This document shows positions 24,718 through 36,900 of a DNA stretch of 64,000 nucleotides, in pieces (within the stretch, counting starts at the first letter, position 1; every line of letters begins with the position of its first letter). The DNA comes from Pelomyxa schiedti (lineage: Eukaryota; Protista; Evosea): assembly GCA_020536535.1 (NCBI GenBank), contig JAHLWZ010000511.1:1-64000 (forward strand), written 5' to 3'. The notes under the pieces were generated by a model that was not told where the DNA came from, made no database searches, and saw nothing but the letters and a program-made list of their open reading frames with translations. A program made the translations under genes and the position numbers.

Positions 24718-26180
24718 TTATGTTTGTGCCCAGTGCCCAGCAGACCATAAACAGCCTATGACTATATTTACCACTGTGAACAGAAGTGCCACAACTGCAC
24801 CAACAACTCTTTTGCTGTAGCCTATCACCCTCAATGATATGAATATTCCAACAGCTGGTAAAAGGAAGGCAACAATCAGACTCAAAGGTCCACAGAACTT
24901 TCTTGGTGAGGCCAGGGAAACTACGGCAGCAACAAGCAACAGAAAAAACAGTGCCACCACAAGACCATCGACTAGAATGAACAGCCGCGACGAAGTTGTG
25001 GACCGCTGTACAATGATGTCAAAGAAACGGGGGAGCATTATGGGATGGGGGGAGGGCAGCACAAACCTGAGGCACAGATACATTGTAATCAGGTGAAAGT
25101 TGGAAGAGAACACGGCACACATTTCCAATATAAGCTGTGCTCAACACCATGAACACACCCTGGAGGAGGCGCCAGCATACCCACAACAAAAACAACCACT
25201 GAGCCGTGTGCCCATGTGGCGGCGCAATGACAATCCAGAAGTAGCCGAGTGCCAAGTTAAAGCAGCTCCACATAGACAACGCAAGTGCACAGTCTGTTGT
25301 TTGTTGCTGATTCCTCCATGGGCAGTTCCAGTCCCAGAACAGTGCAATCACAAACGTGATGAGACCAAAACTGTAGGATTCTGGGTGAGCCACCAGAGCA
25401 ACCTAAAGAAAAGGGAAGCTCCGTGATTCTCATATAAAAGTGTCAGTCACAACACACCAACAGGATAACATTGACAATGAGCAACACAGCCCACAAGGCG
25501 AGTGAGACAAGCCTCTTTGGACGCGACTCACACAGTGTCAAAAGAGCAGTGGAGCCTCGGAACCCTCTGGTGTGTGGTGTCAGACAACAACAGGATTAAA
25601 TGATGCAGTCAGTACTCACGTGTCAATGTATTGCTTGACAGAACACAACTTTGGGAGTGACGAGCTGCTCTCAGAGAGCAGGAAGCAACCCAGCGCGAAT
25701 CCCTTGAGAGACATCAAAGTTCCGTTCTGTTCCTGTTGAACCATGCTGGATATGCTGTCGATTTGAGACGGTGATGCATTGTGGTGGTTTCTCCACTGTT
25801 GTTTGACATCATCCACGGACACCAACTGCTGCTCTCCCTCCCCTGCGCAAAGATACGCAACAAATGAGACATCTCACCAACAGAAATCGACACAACACAC
25901 AGCTCCCCCAGTCAGAATAAAGAAGTAACAGTGGTGTGTACCTTCTTTGTGCCCAGGATGACTTTCAAAGAGTTCGCAGCACTCTGTCCACACCTCAGAG
26001 GGGACCAACGAGAACATGGGACGTCCGCCGGCGGCTTCGTTGTTCTGTTTCTGCTTTTCCTCGACAACAACAACCTCGTTGAGGTCAATGGTCACCTCTG
26101 GAACCCCAACAACGAGGTTGGTCATTGGGGAGAAAATTTGTGTTCTGTTCGAACAGATCAGCATTAGCAGAAACATGGCC
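24718..26180 (-). CDS. Hypothetical multi-exon membrane protein, possibly disrupted
   Basis: Several minus-strand ORFs (25874-26176, 25616-25825, 25019-25393, 24718-25128). The distal ones carry multiple hydrophobic TM-like stretches. Exon joins are not resolved. Confidence 0.4.
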
Positions 26181-26237
26181 CGAGGGTGCTGCCACCAGTG
26201 ATGGTTGAATCAGGAGGTGGAGGTAGCGAAGTGGGAC

Positions 26238-28003
26238 TCAGTGGGTTTCATCAGGACCATTTTTTGAAAATCGTGCCCTTTTTGCTGCAGTTGCCTTAGC
26301 TTTCTCACACTTCTTCTCAGCTTTTGCTGTGGCCTTGGCTGCATTCTGAGCCAACAAGCCAAGATACTTCTGGTGATTCTTCAGGTCTTCGTCATTCATG
26401 TTGTTCAGTCTTGGGAGATTCAGTGTGCAGTATTAAGGGAAGAAAGGCAAACTTGATATTTTCATTTATCAGAAGTATCCTCACATCCACATCTGTGTCC
26501 AGTGTATCTAAAGCAAAACGGTATGGTATTAACAATGATGTCCATAAAACTGTCATTCGGCCAAAGAATTGTTCAACAACAACACTGTGCTCATTGAGTG
26601 TTTGCAGAGAGATATTTGGTTTTTAAAAGTACCGCTTCTTTTTCAAGGCAGCTATGACAGGGTCAGCATGACTCTCTCGTGGGATAGCAATTTTATTTAG
26701 CCTGTATGTCAAAGTTAACTTTGACACGAACTTGGGAAAAGAAATACCCGCTGGGTTCAGGGCCAATATACCCGGAATCAAATAAAGCAGCCCAGGTTGG
26801 TGGGTTGGGATGTCTCTGTAGTTCCTCAGGGCTTTTCCGCAGCAGTGGCTTGTACAACTCCCAACAGGTCTGAAGATCGGCATAGTCATGCCTTGCCCCC
26901 TTGCACCACTTCCCAATGCCACGTGCATAGTAAGGATGAGTGGCCTGCACAGCAACATGCTTTTTAGCAGCATGGAACCCGTGATGTGCATCAAACATTT
27001 CAGCCTGTGTGGCCCATGAACCAGAGGGCTTGTTCACAATAATGGGTGTGTGGTCCCCAATAGCGGCTATGTAGGATGTTTGATCAGTGGGGTCAGGGTG
27101 ATGTATAGGAGGGTTTTCAATCCACCTCCGCCACAGAACCAACCTTACATCCTCTCTGACCCGCTCAATGGCCTTCAGGCAAGATTCCCAGAGAGCCGCT
27201 GGAGAGCTGCGGTTTTGTACACAGAGGAACCATTTGATAGACACATAAAATAGAGCAAAACAGCATCAGCCGTTGAAATCTGTGGCTTCTTACCACGGCG
27301 GCCATAGTCAATCCGGGGCACAACATCGTTCAGGAAGGAGTTGAACCAATACACATCAAAATGTACAATAGTGAAAAAGGCCTGCAGCTGCAATTAAAAC
27401 GGGAATAAAGGCAAAGAGACACACGAAACTGCAGGAGAAGCACGAAAAGTTGGCCATAGTCCTTTTTCTGGCTCAAGAACTGTTGTATGGGCAAGTGGAG
27501 CAGCACTCAAGATGCGATTCACCTGCTGTTGATGCCTGAAGGACCATCTTAGTAATAGTCTATTGTAATTGGAAATGGAACTACCTCGTCATTAGCTCCT
27601 GCACATTTGCTGGGAGATTGGCATCTGCAGACCCCAGCCTTGCTCTGTCTTGTGAAATTGGTCTGGCAGATGTTGATGTGGATGCGGTGAGGGTGGGTGT
27701 TGAGTTTTGTTGTACATTCCTGCGTCTTCCAGACTGTGGAACTATAGGCTGCTGCACCAATGGTATGACAGGGATCTGCTGTTGTTGCAGCTGCTGCAGC
27801 AGTGGTGGTGGTGCCTGTTGTGACCCCAGCAAAGCTGATCCTCGCTGCTGAGGTGGTGGTGGCTCAGTCCAATGTTGATCTGAAAAAGCTGAGGTACCAG
27901 ACATGAGGTACAAATCCTGGGAGATTGCCAACTGCCTCTCATCGAAAGAATACTGAAGTGCATCACCACAAGCTAGGGGAAGCACGTTGGCAATGTCGTT
28001 CAT
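26238..28003 (-). pseudogene. PIF/Harbinger (HARBI1-like, DDE_Tnp_4) transposase/nuclease with an in-frame stop
   Basis: Motifs AIGDHTPIIVNKP, HHGFHAAKKHVAV, ARHDYAD, LFDSGYIG and HSVVVEQFFGRM. An in-frame TAA at 26623-26625 lies before the catalytic Glu. Confidence 0.8.
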
Positions 28004-28591
28004 CTTGGATTTGCGGCAATTTTGTTCACGTGTGTTGCATCCACAAGTCTTAAAACACCACAAAATGTGTTATGACCCAATTCACATCAGACAGTTCACG
28101 CGCTCTTCACCCCTTTTTTTGCTAACTCGCGAGGCCTTCATCTCTCCGTTGCAACGGTTTTTTTTCTTTTCTCACCCGATTACCATCAGATTCCTCGAAC
28201 TCGATCCTTCTTTCGTTAACACGAAATCATCGACGACAAGAACAAGGTGCCGAGCGCGATTTTTTTTATTTTTCTGTTTGTTTGGTGTGAAGTGATGAGT
28301 GACAGCCACAAAGTGATGAGAACCAGCCACAATTGCCAGCCACATTGCGTTTCTGTTTTTTTTTTTTTTTGTTGTTGTGCCTGTGGCAGAGATTAGTGTT
28401 AAAAAAAAAATATTACTGGTTTTTTCCCGCTTGTTTCTGTTGTGTTATAAAGACCGATTTCAATATGACCCCCCAAAAACTCGAGTTTACCTTTTCACTG
28501 GTTTGTTTGTTTGTTTGTTTACTTAATTCCCCAAGCATAAAAACCAGGGACTATTATCTCAAGGAAACCGGCTCCTTGACTTTTGTTACTG

Positions 28592-29236
28592 ATGATGGCT
28601 ATGGATTCTGCTGCCTTACTTCAAAAGGTGAAACCTCACTATGCTCACCTCCTGATCGCTTGTATTGTAAATTTAATGGATATAGCCGATGTTCTCTCGG
28701 ATGGCAGGTGGCATCACCTTGCTGTTTCAAGGACATCAGCAGAGATGAACATTTACGTAGATGGCGCTAGTATTCCCGGAAAGATTAAATCGTATCTTCT
28801 TCTAGTTTCCTTTTCCGACCTTGAACAACACTTTTTTTTTTTGTAGCTCCAGGAGCAATCCCCTTAATGTGAACTCAGAGGCACCCCTTTTCATTTGCTA
28901 TTCTGAGAAAAGAGGTGATTACTATGATGGACTTATCACAGATGTACGAATCTGGGGATGTAGACGTGACCCTGCTTTGTTTGGAAAACCACCTGTTGCT
29001 TCAGAAATGACGTACTCGACTGGCTGGTGGTCATTTTCAGGGGGATCAATGGTAGAACTCTTACATTTCTGATGAAATGCAAACATGTTTTTTATACTAC
29101 TACATCCATGGCGAGATTACTAACTTACAGTCAAAACACACTGACTCCAGTGGGGACTGTTGCATTGGTAGGAGTTTATCCCAGACCTACACGTTCTCAC
29201 TTTGTTCACGTGAATAACTTACAGTCACGCCTGTAA
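28592..29236 (+). CDS. Small LamG/concanavalin A-like (pentraxin-like) domain protein or fragment
   Basis: LSDGRWHHLAVSRTSAEMNIYVDG ... PLFICY...YYDGLITDVRIWG are typical LamG strands. Boundaries are approximate. Confidence 0.7.
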
Positions 29237-29334
29237 CCCTCACTCCACAAATCCAACTGAAACCTGTCTGTCCGCGGCACCCGAAAATTTCCTCCTCGAC
29301 TTTATAAGCCATAATGAAAAATTCTTTCTTTTCT

Positions 29335-30801
29335 TTAGTATTTGCCTTCTCTGTTGCGCTTCTGGGTGTTGGTGGGAGCAGGGATCATGAGTCTCTTGCA
29401 CCTTATGGTCCTGGTTATGGTGGTGGGGGTCCCACTTCCAGCACTGTCAGCTGCAGCACTAGCAGTGGTAACAGTGGCAGAATTGGGCTCAGTGTTGATT
29501 GGGGTACCTGTGTCAACATGCCAGTGGGGAACCCCCTCTGTGCAACCATCACTGCTCAAACCACTTTCAGAGGCGGTGGCTGCTCGTATTTCCTTCCACT
29601 CCAGTTTTCCTTGCCGGTCTTTACTTGGTGTCTTTGTGATGTGCTGCTTTGATGCAAAGACAGCCTGAAAAAACTGACGTAGACCTGGCCTTTCAAGAAC
29701 CACTGGGGGCAAATGCTTTTCCTTGACCTTGCCATGCAGTTGTGAATACAAACTGCTGAGCGCCCCAGATTCTGCGTAGGTGCAATAGCAGATGTTGAGT
29801 TGGAGTGCACTTAACATTGCACCTTTCCACACATTGCCTGGTCGTGGACACCCAAGTATATTGGGAAGACCTGTGCTACGGTACAGAGCGTAGCATCCCA
29901 AACATGGTCTTTTTGTGCCAGCAACAAGGCCATCAGGGGATGTCACACACTGCAAAATTTCAATAAACCTTTGCTCTGCATGGATGCCTGGGCGGCCATG
30001 AACACAATGCAAAGAGTCAGGATTCAATTGTTGCAGTGTATCCAAGATGCTAGGAACAACTGGCTGTGAGGGATCAATGGGATTGAATTTATTGTCACAT
30101 GTTGCAGAGACCGTGAGAGATGGCCCATGTGGTGTGGCTTTAAAGACTTTGAATATGGCAGCTATGATTCCCATGTCTCTCTCTGATGCACCTTCCCAGT
30201 AGCCCTTCCCACTTGAACGTTCTTCGAAGAAGGCCATAGAACGGTAAAGCTTTTTAAACATGCGGATAAGATCTGATTTGAACCCCCCAATGCCGGGCAA
30301 GGTACTATTCCGAACATCCATGCCATCTTGCATTAGAGTGTAGCCACCACTCTTAATTCCACTGAAAATCGTGTTTGCACCCTTTGTATCATTTGCAGCC
30401 AGAAATACATGGTACCTGCTGCTATCAGGGGTTTCTCCTAACTTCAGAACCATCATCTGGAGTTCATCTTCTTCACAGCCCCACGCGATTTTTGCCCAAT
30501 ATAAAAGAAAAGTGCACATGTGTCGCATGAACTGGCAGGCTCTTCGGTTTGAATAAGAAGCAGGTGTGCGCTCCACCCTGTCTGATGCCACGTATCGCCC
30601 TGGTTGGTCCCTCCCCTTTTCAAAATTATCCACCACACTCGCCTTCAGATCTTCCGTCAGGTCCTTTGACAGATACTCACAACTGCGGACACGTTCCTCC
30701 AGGGCCGCAATGAGCTTGACCACTGTGTCACTTATCACCCTGTCGTCGACCGTATCGTCTACCGTTTCACCTACAGTTGTTTCTCCGTCGCTGTCGTCCA
30801 T
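29335..30801 (-). CDS. Intronless zinc-dependent nucleic-acid/nucleotide deaminase-fold protein (OTT_1508/toxin-deaminase-like), 488 aa
   Basis: GIHAEQRF (HAEQ at 29971-29982) and VAGTKRPCLGCY (PCLGC at 29893-29907) match the HxE...PCxxC motif. Upstream VFLAAND strand. Confidence 0.8.
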   Translation of the reverse strand: MDDSDGETTVGETVDDTVDDRVISDTVVKLIAALEERVRSCEYLSKDLTEDLKASVVDNFEKGRDQPGRYVASDRVERTPASYSNRRACQFMRHMCTFLLYWAKIAWGCEEDELQMMVLKLGETPDSSRYHVFLAANDTKGANTIFSGIKSGGYTLMQDGMDVRNSTLPGIGGFKSDLIRMFKKLYRSMAFFEERSSGKGYWEGASERDMGIIAAIFKVFKATPHGPSLTVSATCDNKFNPIDPSQPVVPSILDTLQQLNPDSLHCVHGRPGIHAEQRFIEILQCVTSPDGLVAGTKRPCLGCYALYRSTGLPNILGCPRPGNVWKGAMLSALQLNICYCTYAESGALSSLYSQLHGKVKEKHLPPVVLERPGLRQFFQAVFASKQHITKTPSKDRQGKLEWKEIRAATASESGLSSDGCTEGVPHWHVDTGTPINTEPNSATVTTASAAADSAGSGTPTTITRTIRCKRLMIPAPTNTQKRNREGKY

Positions 30802-30950
30802 ATGGCCAATATCGTCCTCTGAGGTTTTTTATTTTTCCACGTGTTTTCCTGGAGTTTGAACCGAACTACTTTCCTGTGGTTTCGCTTCTATCAGTCCAAT
30901 CAAATCAAGGGAAATCACAAAAATTTTTTTTTCCGTGTACGTCAACCCGC

Positions 30951-33900
30951 ATGGACGGAACTGGTAATACTGTAAGCAACAGCGGAGGTACCAGTGCGGC
31001 AGCTACCGTAACCGAGGTGGCCACCACTGGAAGGAAACCGATGCCGGGGGGAGTAAACTGTGGTCCTTTCTTCTTGCAGCTCGCTGCAAGGGTGGAAGAA
31101 GTCACCAACAGGGGAGGGGCAACCCCGCTGCAACTGGCTGAGTTTATCCAGTTGGTGGTCCCCGGTAGGTTCAGCAGGCACGGCGGAATGCTGTTCCACA
31201 TGTTTCACAAACTTTTGGAAATACTATGCACTTCCAGCACCAACAGCGGCACCGGCACCGACAGCACCAGCACGACGAGCAGCAGCGTCAACGCTGCTGT
31301 TATTGCTTTCCTGCCATCCAACATCACAGCAGAGATCACTGGCCCTGAGCATGTTAGGTTCCTGTTTGACATAGCAGCTGTTCCTTGCACCAACCCCCGC
31401 TTTGCACTGCATGTTTTTGCTGACAGGAAGGGCTTGCAGGTTGCCCTGGGACCAGCAGACCCGGGCAAGTTCTGCCTGGACCTTGGGGATGTGGTGCGTT
31501 CAGTGGGGTCCTTAGTTGGTGGGCTGGGACAGGTGGTCACAGGTGCTGATGCAACTAACCCTGCTGATATACTGCCACAAGAAATCAAAGATTTGCTCTC
31601 TAACATCACAGTAACAGACTTCTACATTGGAACCACTGAAAAAATGGTGCCTGTATTCAAGCTCACCCTTGAGTACAAGCGCCCACATGAGATCTGGTCA
31701 CTCAAGCTGGAGAGTATTACTCTCAAATTGTGCATTAGGTACTACAATGACACTATATGCTCTGGTGGAAAACTCAAGCTGCAAATGGAGGTTAACCCAA
31801 ATGAGAAGCTCTTCCTCAGTGCAGCAATTCCAAGTCTCAGTGGGCCCTGGGTGTTCCGGGTGAGGTCCCACTGGGAATATCCAGTAAACTTTGGAAGTCT
31901 AGTTGCAGGTCTCATAACTGACAAAGATCTGCCTGGTTGGATAACAAAAAGGCTGCCAGAGATAAGTGACATCAAAGGAAAGCTGGTTGTTGGTGGGGGC
32001 ACTCCCTTTAGCTTTTATTTTAGCATAACCAACATGAGGACTCCCTGGCAACCAATAAAGCCTGATGAGATTGGTGGTTCTAGCGTTTTATTGCGCAATT
32101 TTGGACTCACTGTGGGGAGGCGTAACAGCAGGTTCCACCTTGCATTTGCAGCTTTTTTGGATATTGGAGACATCTCCATCCCCCTTATCTTCAGTTCCAG
32201 TGCATCTGGCCAGCTCCAGCTCTGCTTGGTTTCTGGTGACGAGCCCTTCAAGATAAATGATCTGGGGGACCTCACATTGCCTGGTGGGCAGAAGGTTGGA
32301 AGCCTGGCTGGCATAGAAGACATTTTAGACTGGTTTCAGGAGCTGGACATCAGTATTGACACCTTCCAGCTCAATGTGATCCCGTTTACTGTCAAGTCCT
32401 TTGAGTTCCAGGTCAGCAGTCATGGAACAAAGACAATCTGGGACTACCTGACAATTTCAAACATGCTCTGGCAGCTTCAGGTCGACTCCCCCTTCGATGG
32501 CACAGCACGGAAAGTCAGATGGAATGCCAGCATTTCCTTGTCCATTCCTGGAGTCAAGTCCTTGGTGCTGGCGGGCTCTTGCACTGACAAGGGGTGTACA
32601 GTGCGAGGTTCAATTGAGGAACTGTCTATTGTGGATCTCCTTGAAGGCTTTGGGCTGCCCTCACTTGACAATTTGGGGTTTGATGTTCGGGCAATCACAA
32701 CTTTTAGGAAGATCTCTGCTCAGTTCTCCTTTGGAGGCCCTACAACACAAAGGGTTTTTTCTCTCAAAGGAGAACTTGGTGGCATTGTTTTCCAATTCAA
32801 AAGGGCATACTCTACTGCAGGAACCCACACCTCCATATCATTCAATCGAATTGAGAGGCTTCTTCTGTTGGTTAACCTGTCACTGGAAGATTTAGAAGTT
32901 AACCTCAAGTACACATCAGGAAAGCACTCAGCATGGAGCCTTCAAGGTTGCCTGCACATGGTGAGCCCTCACAGTGTGATATTGACAAACCTCGCGGAAT
33001 ACATGCATTTCACTGAAGATCCGAAAGTGGTCATTGAGTACACCAATGGCAGTGTTTCCATCAGGCCAAAGGTGGTACCACCATCAATTAAGCTCCTTAA
33101 GGGTAGTGTTGTTATAAGGGATATCGACTTGCAGCTGAACCCAACAACCCCATCAGTTTCACTGTCATGCAAGCTTGACCTCAAAACCCTGCAGGACCTC
33201 ATCAAGTGTGATCTCAGCTTTCATGGTTCTGCCAAGGTGTCTCTGAGACAACCCATCTTCAGGGGGGAATTTGGCCTGCAGAGCGACTGTGGTGTCAGGC
33301 TTCTGAAGGGACTGTGGTTCAAGGAGTTGTTTTTGTCAATCGAAGATGAAACTGTTGGCTTCAAAGGAGCAATGACTGTGGGAAAACCTCCAGAAGAGGC
33401 ATCGGAGCTGGACAAGATTGAAGTGTCTGCCCTGATTGGGCCTGAGCTGATAGACACTGTATTCAAGGGTATGTTCCCCCCTGGTGTACCCTTGACGATC
33501 CCTGACTGCTTGGACAAGTTCACTGAGGGGGAATTCCAGATTCATGATCCACTGAAGGGGATCATGTCCCCATGCATACTGTCTGGATACTGTGAGCAAG
33601 ACATACGTGAATTCTTTTTGTCTGCCAGTAAACTTGGAGTGGCGGTGCTGCCATCCAGCACTGACTGCCCACTTCCACCAATCATTGTGCAATTGTGGAA
33701 TCAGGTGCGGCAGCCCAAGCAAGGCAGTGCAGAATGTAGGCCTCTTGACAGGCCCTTGTTGGTGGAATTCAAGCCAAAGGAATTGAAGTTTGGTTTGTGC
33801 TGCAAGCTTGAGATCCCCCTGTTCCACTTCAAGGCAATTGTGGATGTCACTTTTGGATTGGAGTATGGCTTGAGTGCAAAGGGGTTCATGTGGCCCCTGC

Positions 33901-36900
33901 GTGTGCCTCACAGTAATATTGGTCCAATTCCAGCAGGTTCTTTGCTGGAGATCACAGATTACCATCAAATTATGGGACCTTATATTTCACTCCAGCTTCC
34001 CGGCTTGCTTACATTCTTCAAACCTGCAGCACTTGAGACCACAGGACTAGCATTCAGTGGTCGTGTTAGACTGTTCAATTGCCTGGAGTCAAGCATCTTT
34101 GGGAGGCTTGATAGAGATGGCCTTATCTTTGACTTCAGGCTGCAGCTGGACAACTGGGCACACACATACCATATACTGGATACCAGAATCTACATCCGAG
34201 TAGGCAGCAATGGATTCACATTCAAGACACACATTGCCATCAATGTGGACACAGATAAAATGGACCTGGGTCCCCTCAATCACCTCAAGTATCTCATTCC
34301 CTCATTCTTTGCCAGTGCCAGTGTTGAATGCTCTTCAAGCTTCACTGAAGGTAATTCTGTTTTGAGGGTGAACGTGCAGCTCAACTTCCTATCATTCCAT
34401 GTTGAGTTCAACCTGGACTGTGAGGCCCTCTCCTTTAGGGACATCCCAAAGGCCATTTTGTTAGAGCTTCCAAAGCAACTGTACCGCCAGGCAAAAAATA
34501 TTCTGGCTGGCCTGGCAACACAACTGGGGGATGCTGTTGTGTCTTTTATTGATAGAGTGAAATCTCTTGTGGAGGAAGGTCCAAACCTGCTGCAGAGAGG
34601 AATCGCTAAAATCTTGGGGCTTGACAACAACAGCAAAAGGCTCAGGGAGATAGACTTACAGATCATCCAACAGATCCAATGCATAAGGGAAGCAGTGAAA
34701 ACACAGCAGCGGGACCTTGCTGAGAGCCGCCTTGAGTTTGCAAATACAAGGTATATGGCTGAACAAAACCAGCAAGACATTGCAGAACTTAAAAGAGAAA
34801 TGGAAGGAAAAGTAGATTCACTGAATCAGCGCATTAACGAAACCAACAGTAAGCTCCAAGCAGAAATCACAAAAAACACCAAGGCACTCCAGGACCTCCA
34901 GTGTGAGATGCTTGAGCTGCACAAGCAGACAATGGGAGAAATGAAAAAGAAGTTCAGCCAACTGGTGCACCGCATTGAAGTTGTGGACTTCAACTCACTG
35001 TGCATGAACCTTGAGTACCAGCTGACAGGGATACGAGGCCCATGCCTGCAGCTGCTAAACAACATTGATGACCCAGATTATTTTTCTCGGCAGAGGCCCT
35101 TCCTGGAAAACATGACAACACAAATAATGCAGCTGTCAGCATCCCTCCTGGGAGCATGCTTGGGTGGCAAGCAAAAGTCTCTCTTTGAACGGTATTATGA
35201 CCTAATGCTGATGCAAAAAAGCACAGCAGCCATTGAATCAATAACTGAGAGGTACCAAGACATCATCCAGTACCTCGTGCAGCACATGAAGATGGCACAG
35301 CTTATGGAGTTTCTCAGCCGATTTCCTCGTGTGGAAGATGCTCTTCATCAGCTGCCCTCTGGCCACAAACTCAACTCCCACCTGGTATTGGTTGTTGCAG
35401 AGGCCCATGGGTTCAAATACATCAAGCATGGGGTGAACAGAGGGATTTTAAAACTGGAATCTGCTCCAATGGGAGTTACAGGGGTAGTCTCTGGGAGGTT
35501 GGATTTCATGGGTACCCCAGAAGACAGGAAAGAGCGGGATACCTTTGTGGGGGGGATGAAAACCACAGAGAACAACATAGAAGAAGAAACCCATGCACTG
35601 TGCTTGCGCCACAGCTCAGGGTCCTGCTTGGTGGGTGGCAGCACTCCTCCTGATCCAGGGGCCCTCTCTGCCAATTTGAAGGTTCAGCTGGAGGAACTCA
35701 CGTACCAGTGGGACATGCAACTAAAGCCCCTGTCCGCGGAAATGGAGAATGTGATGTTGCATGGAAAGGGCACACTCACCTTTTCAAACAAGAATGAGTT
35801 CCGAGGTGTCTGGGACAGCAACCAGGTGCAAGGCGAAGGCGCCTACTTCTTTGCTGGCTCCTGTGACCCAGTCTGGCAGGGCTACTGGTCCCAGAAGTCT
35901 GCAAATAATGCCAAAGGGGAAGTGGAGATGGAAATCAAGTTCAAGTTGCATCCGTTCTTTGGGAATGGTGTGTTCCGGGGCACCTGCTCCAACATGCTTC
36001 TCCCAAATGGAAAAGGAACAATTGAATTCGGCGGAAACAGCTACATGGGCATGCTGGAATCTGGACATTTGCATGGGGAGGGGCAGATGCACTGGGCAAA
36101 TGGAACCACATACACAGGGAGCTGGGAGAACAACCAGAGGAGGGGAAAAGGTAAAGCATGCTTTCCTGATGGTCGCTGCTATGATGGAGACTGGCTGGAG
36201 GATAAGCCTCATGGTTATGGAGCACTATACTGGCCAAGTGGTGACTTTTTCCAGGGTGAATTTCAGAATGGCTGCAGGAGTGGACAAGGCACGCTGTGCT
36301 TCCATGGTGACGGCCACTACCAGGGGGATTGGGTGGCAGACCAGATGCATGGACATGGTGAACGGGTCTGGGGTAATGGCATTGCATATGTGGGCAATTG
36401 GGACCACGGGCTTGCATCTTGCATAACAGATGAAAAGCTTCAAAGCCTTTTGTCTTGTTATGAGGATATGAAAACCACTGTTTTGGAGGGGAAGCTCAGC
36501 GAAAGTAACAAGAACCTCGCTAATGCGCTGGATAGCAAACAGTTCGACCTTGTGGAGGGATTCCTGGAAGCGGGTCCGACACAAAAGAAGAACATTGGCC
36601 AAGTGCAAGCCTGGGTGTCAAGGAAAATGGAAGAGCTTAAGCAAGCAGTGCAGTGGTGGCTACCACTTGAGCAGAATGCTGCCGCCAATGCAGCATCAAT
36701 TGCTGATTTATTCAAGTCACTTCAGATGGTGTGTAACTTCCTGCAAGGAACCCCTGAGAGCCCAAGGGCGGCACCAGTAATTATAGCTAAGTTCAAAAGT
36801 GACCTTGGTAATTTACAGCGTATTGTGAATGACGTCATTGGTGCAACTATTAATCAAGTGCAAGGACTCAGCAAACAAGGTTTTTCATTTTTATTTGTCT

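Noticed and set aside
30777-30950. Upstream in-frame extension of the giant ORF overlapping the deaminase start
   Set aside because: It uses a non-ATG start and has UTR-like composition. The first ATG at 30951 is the plausible start.
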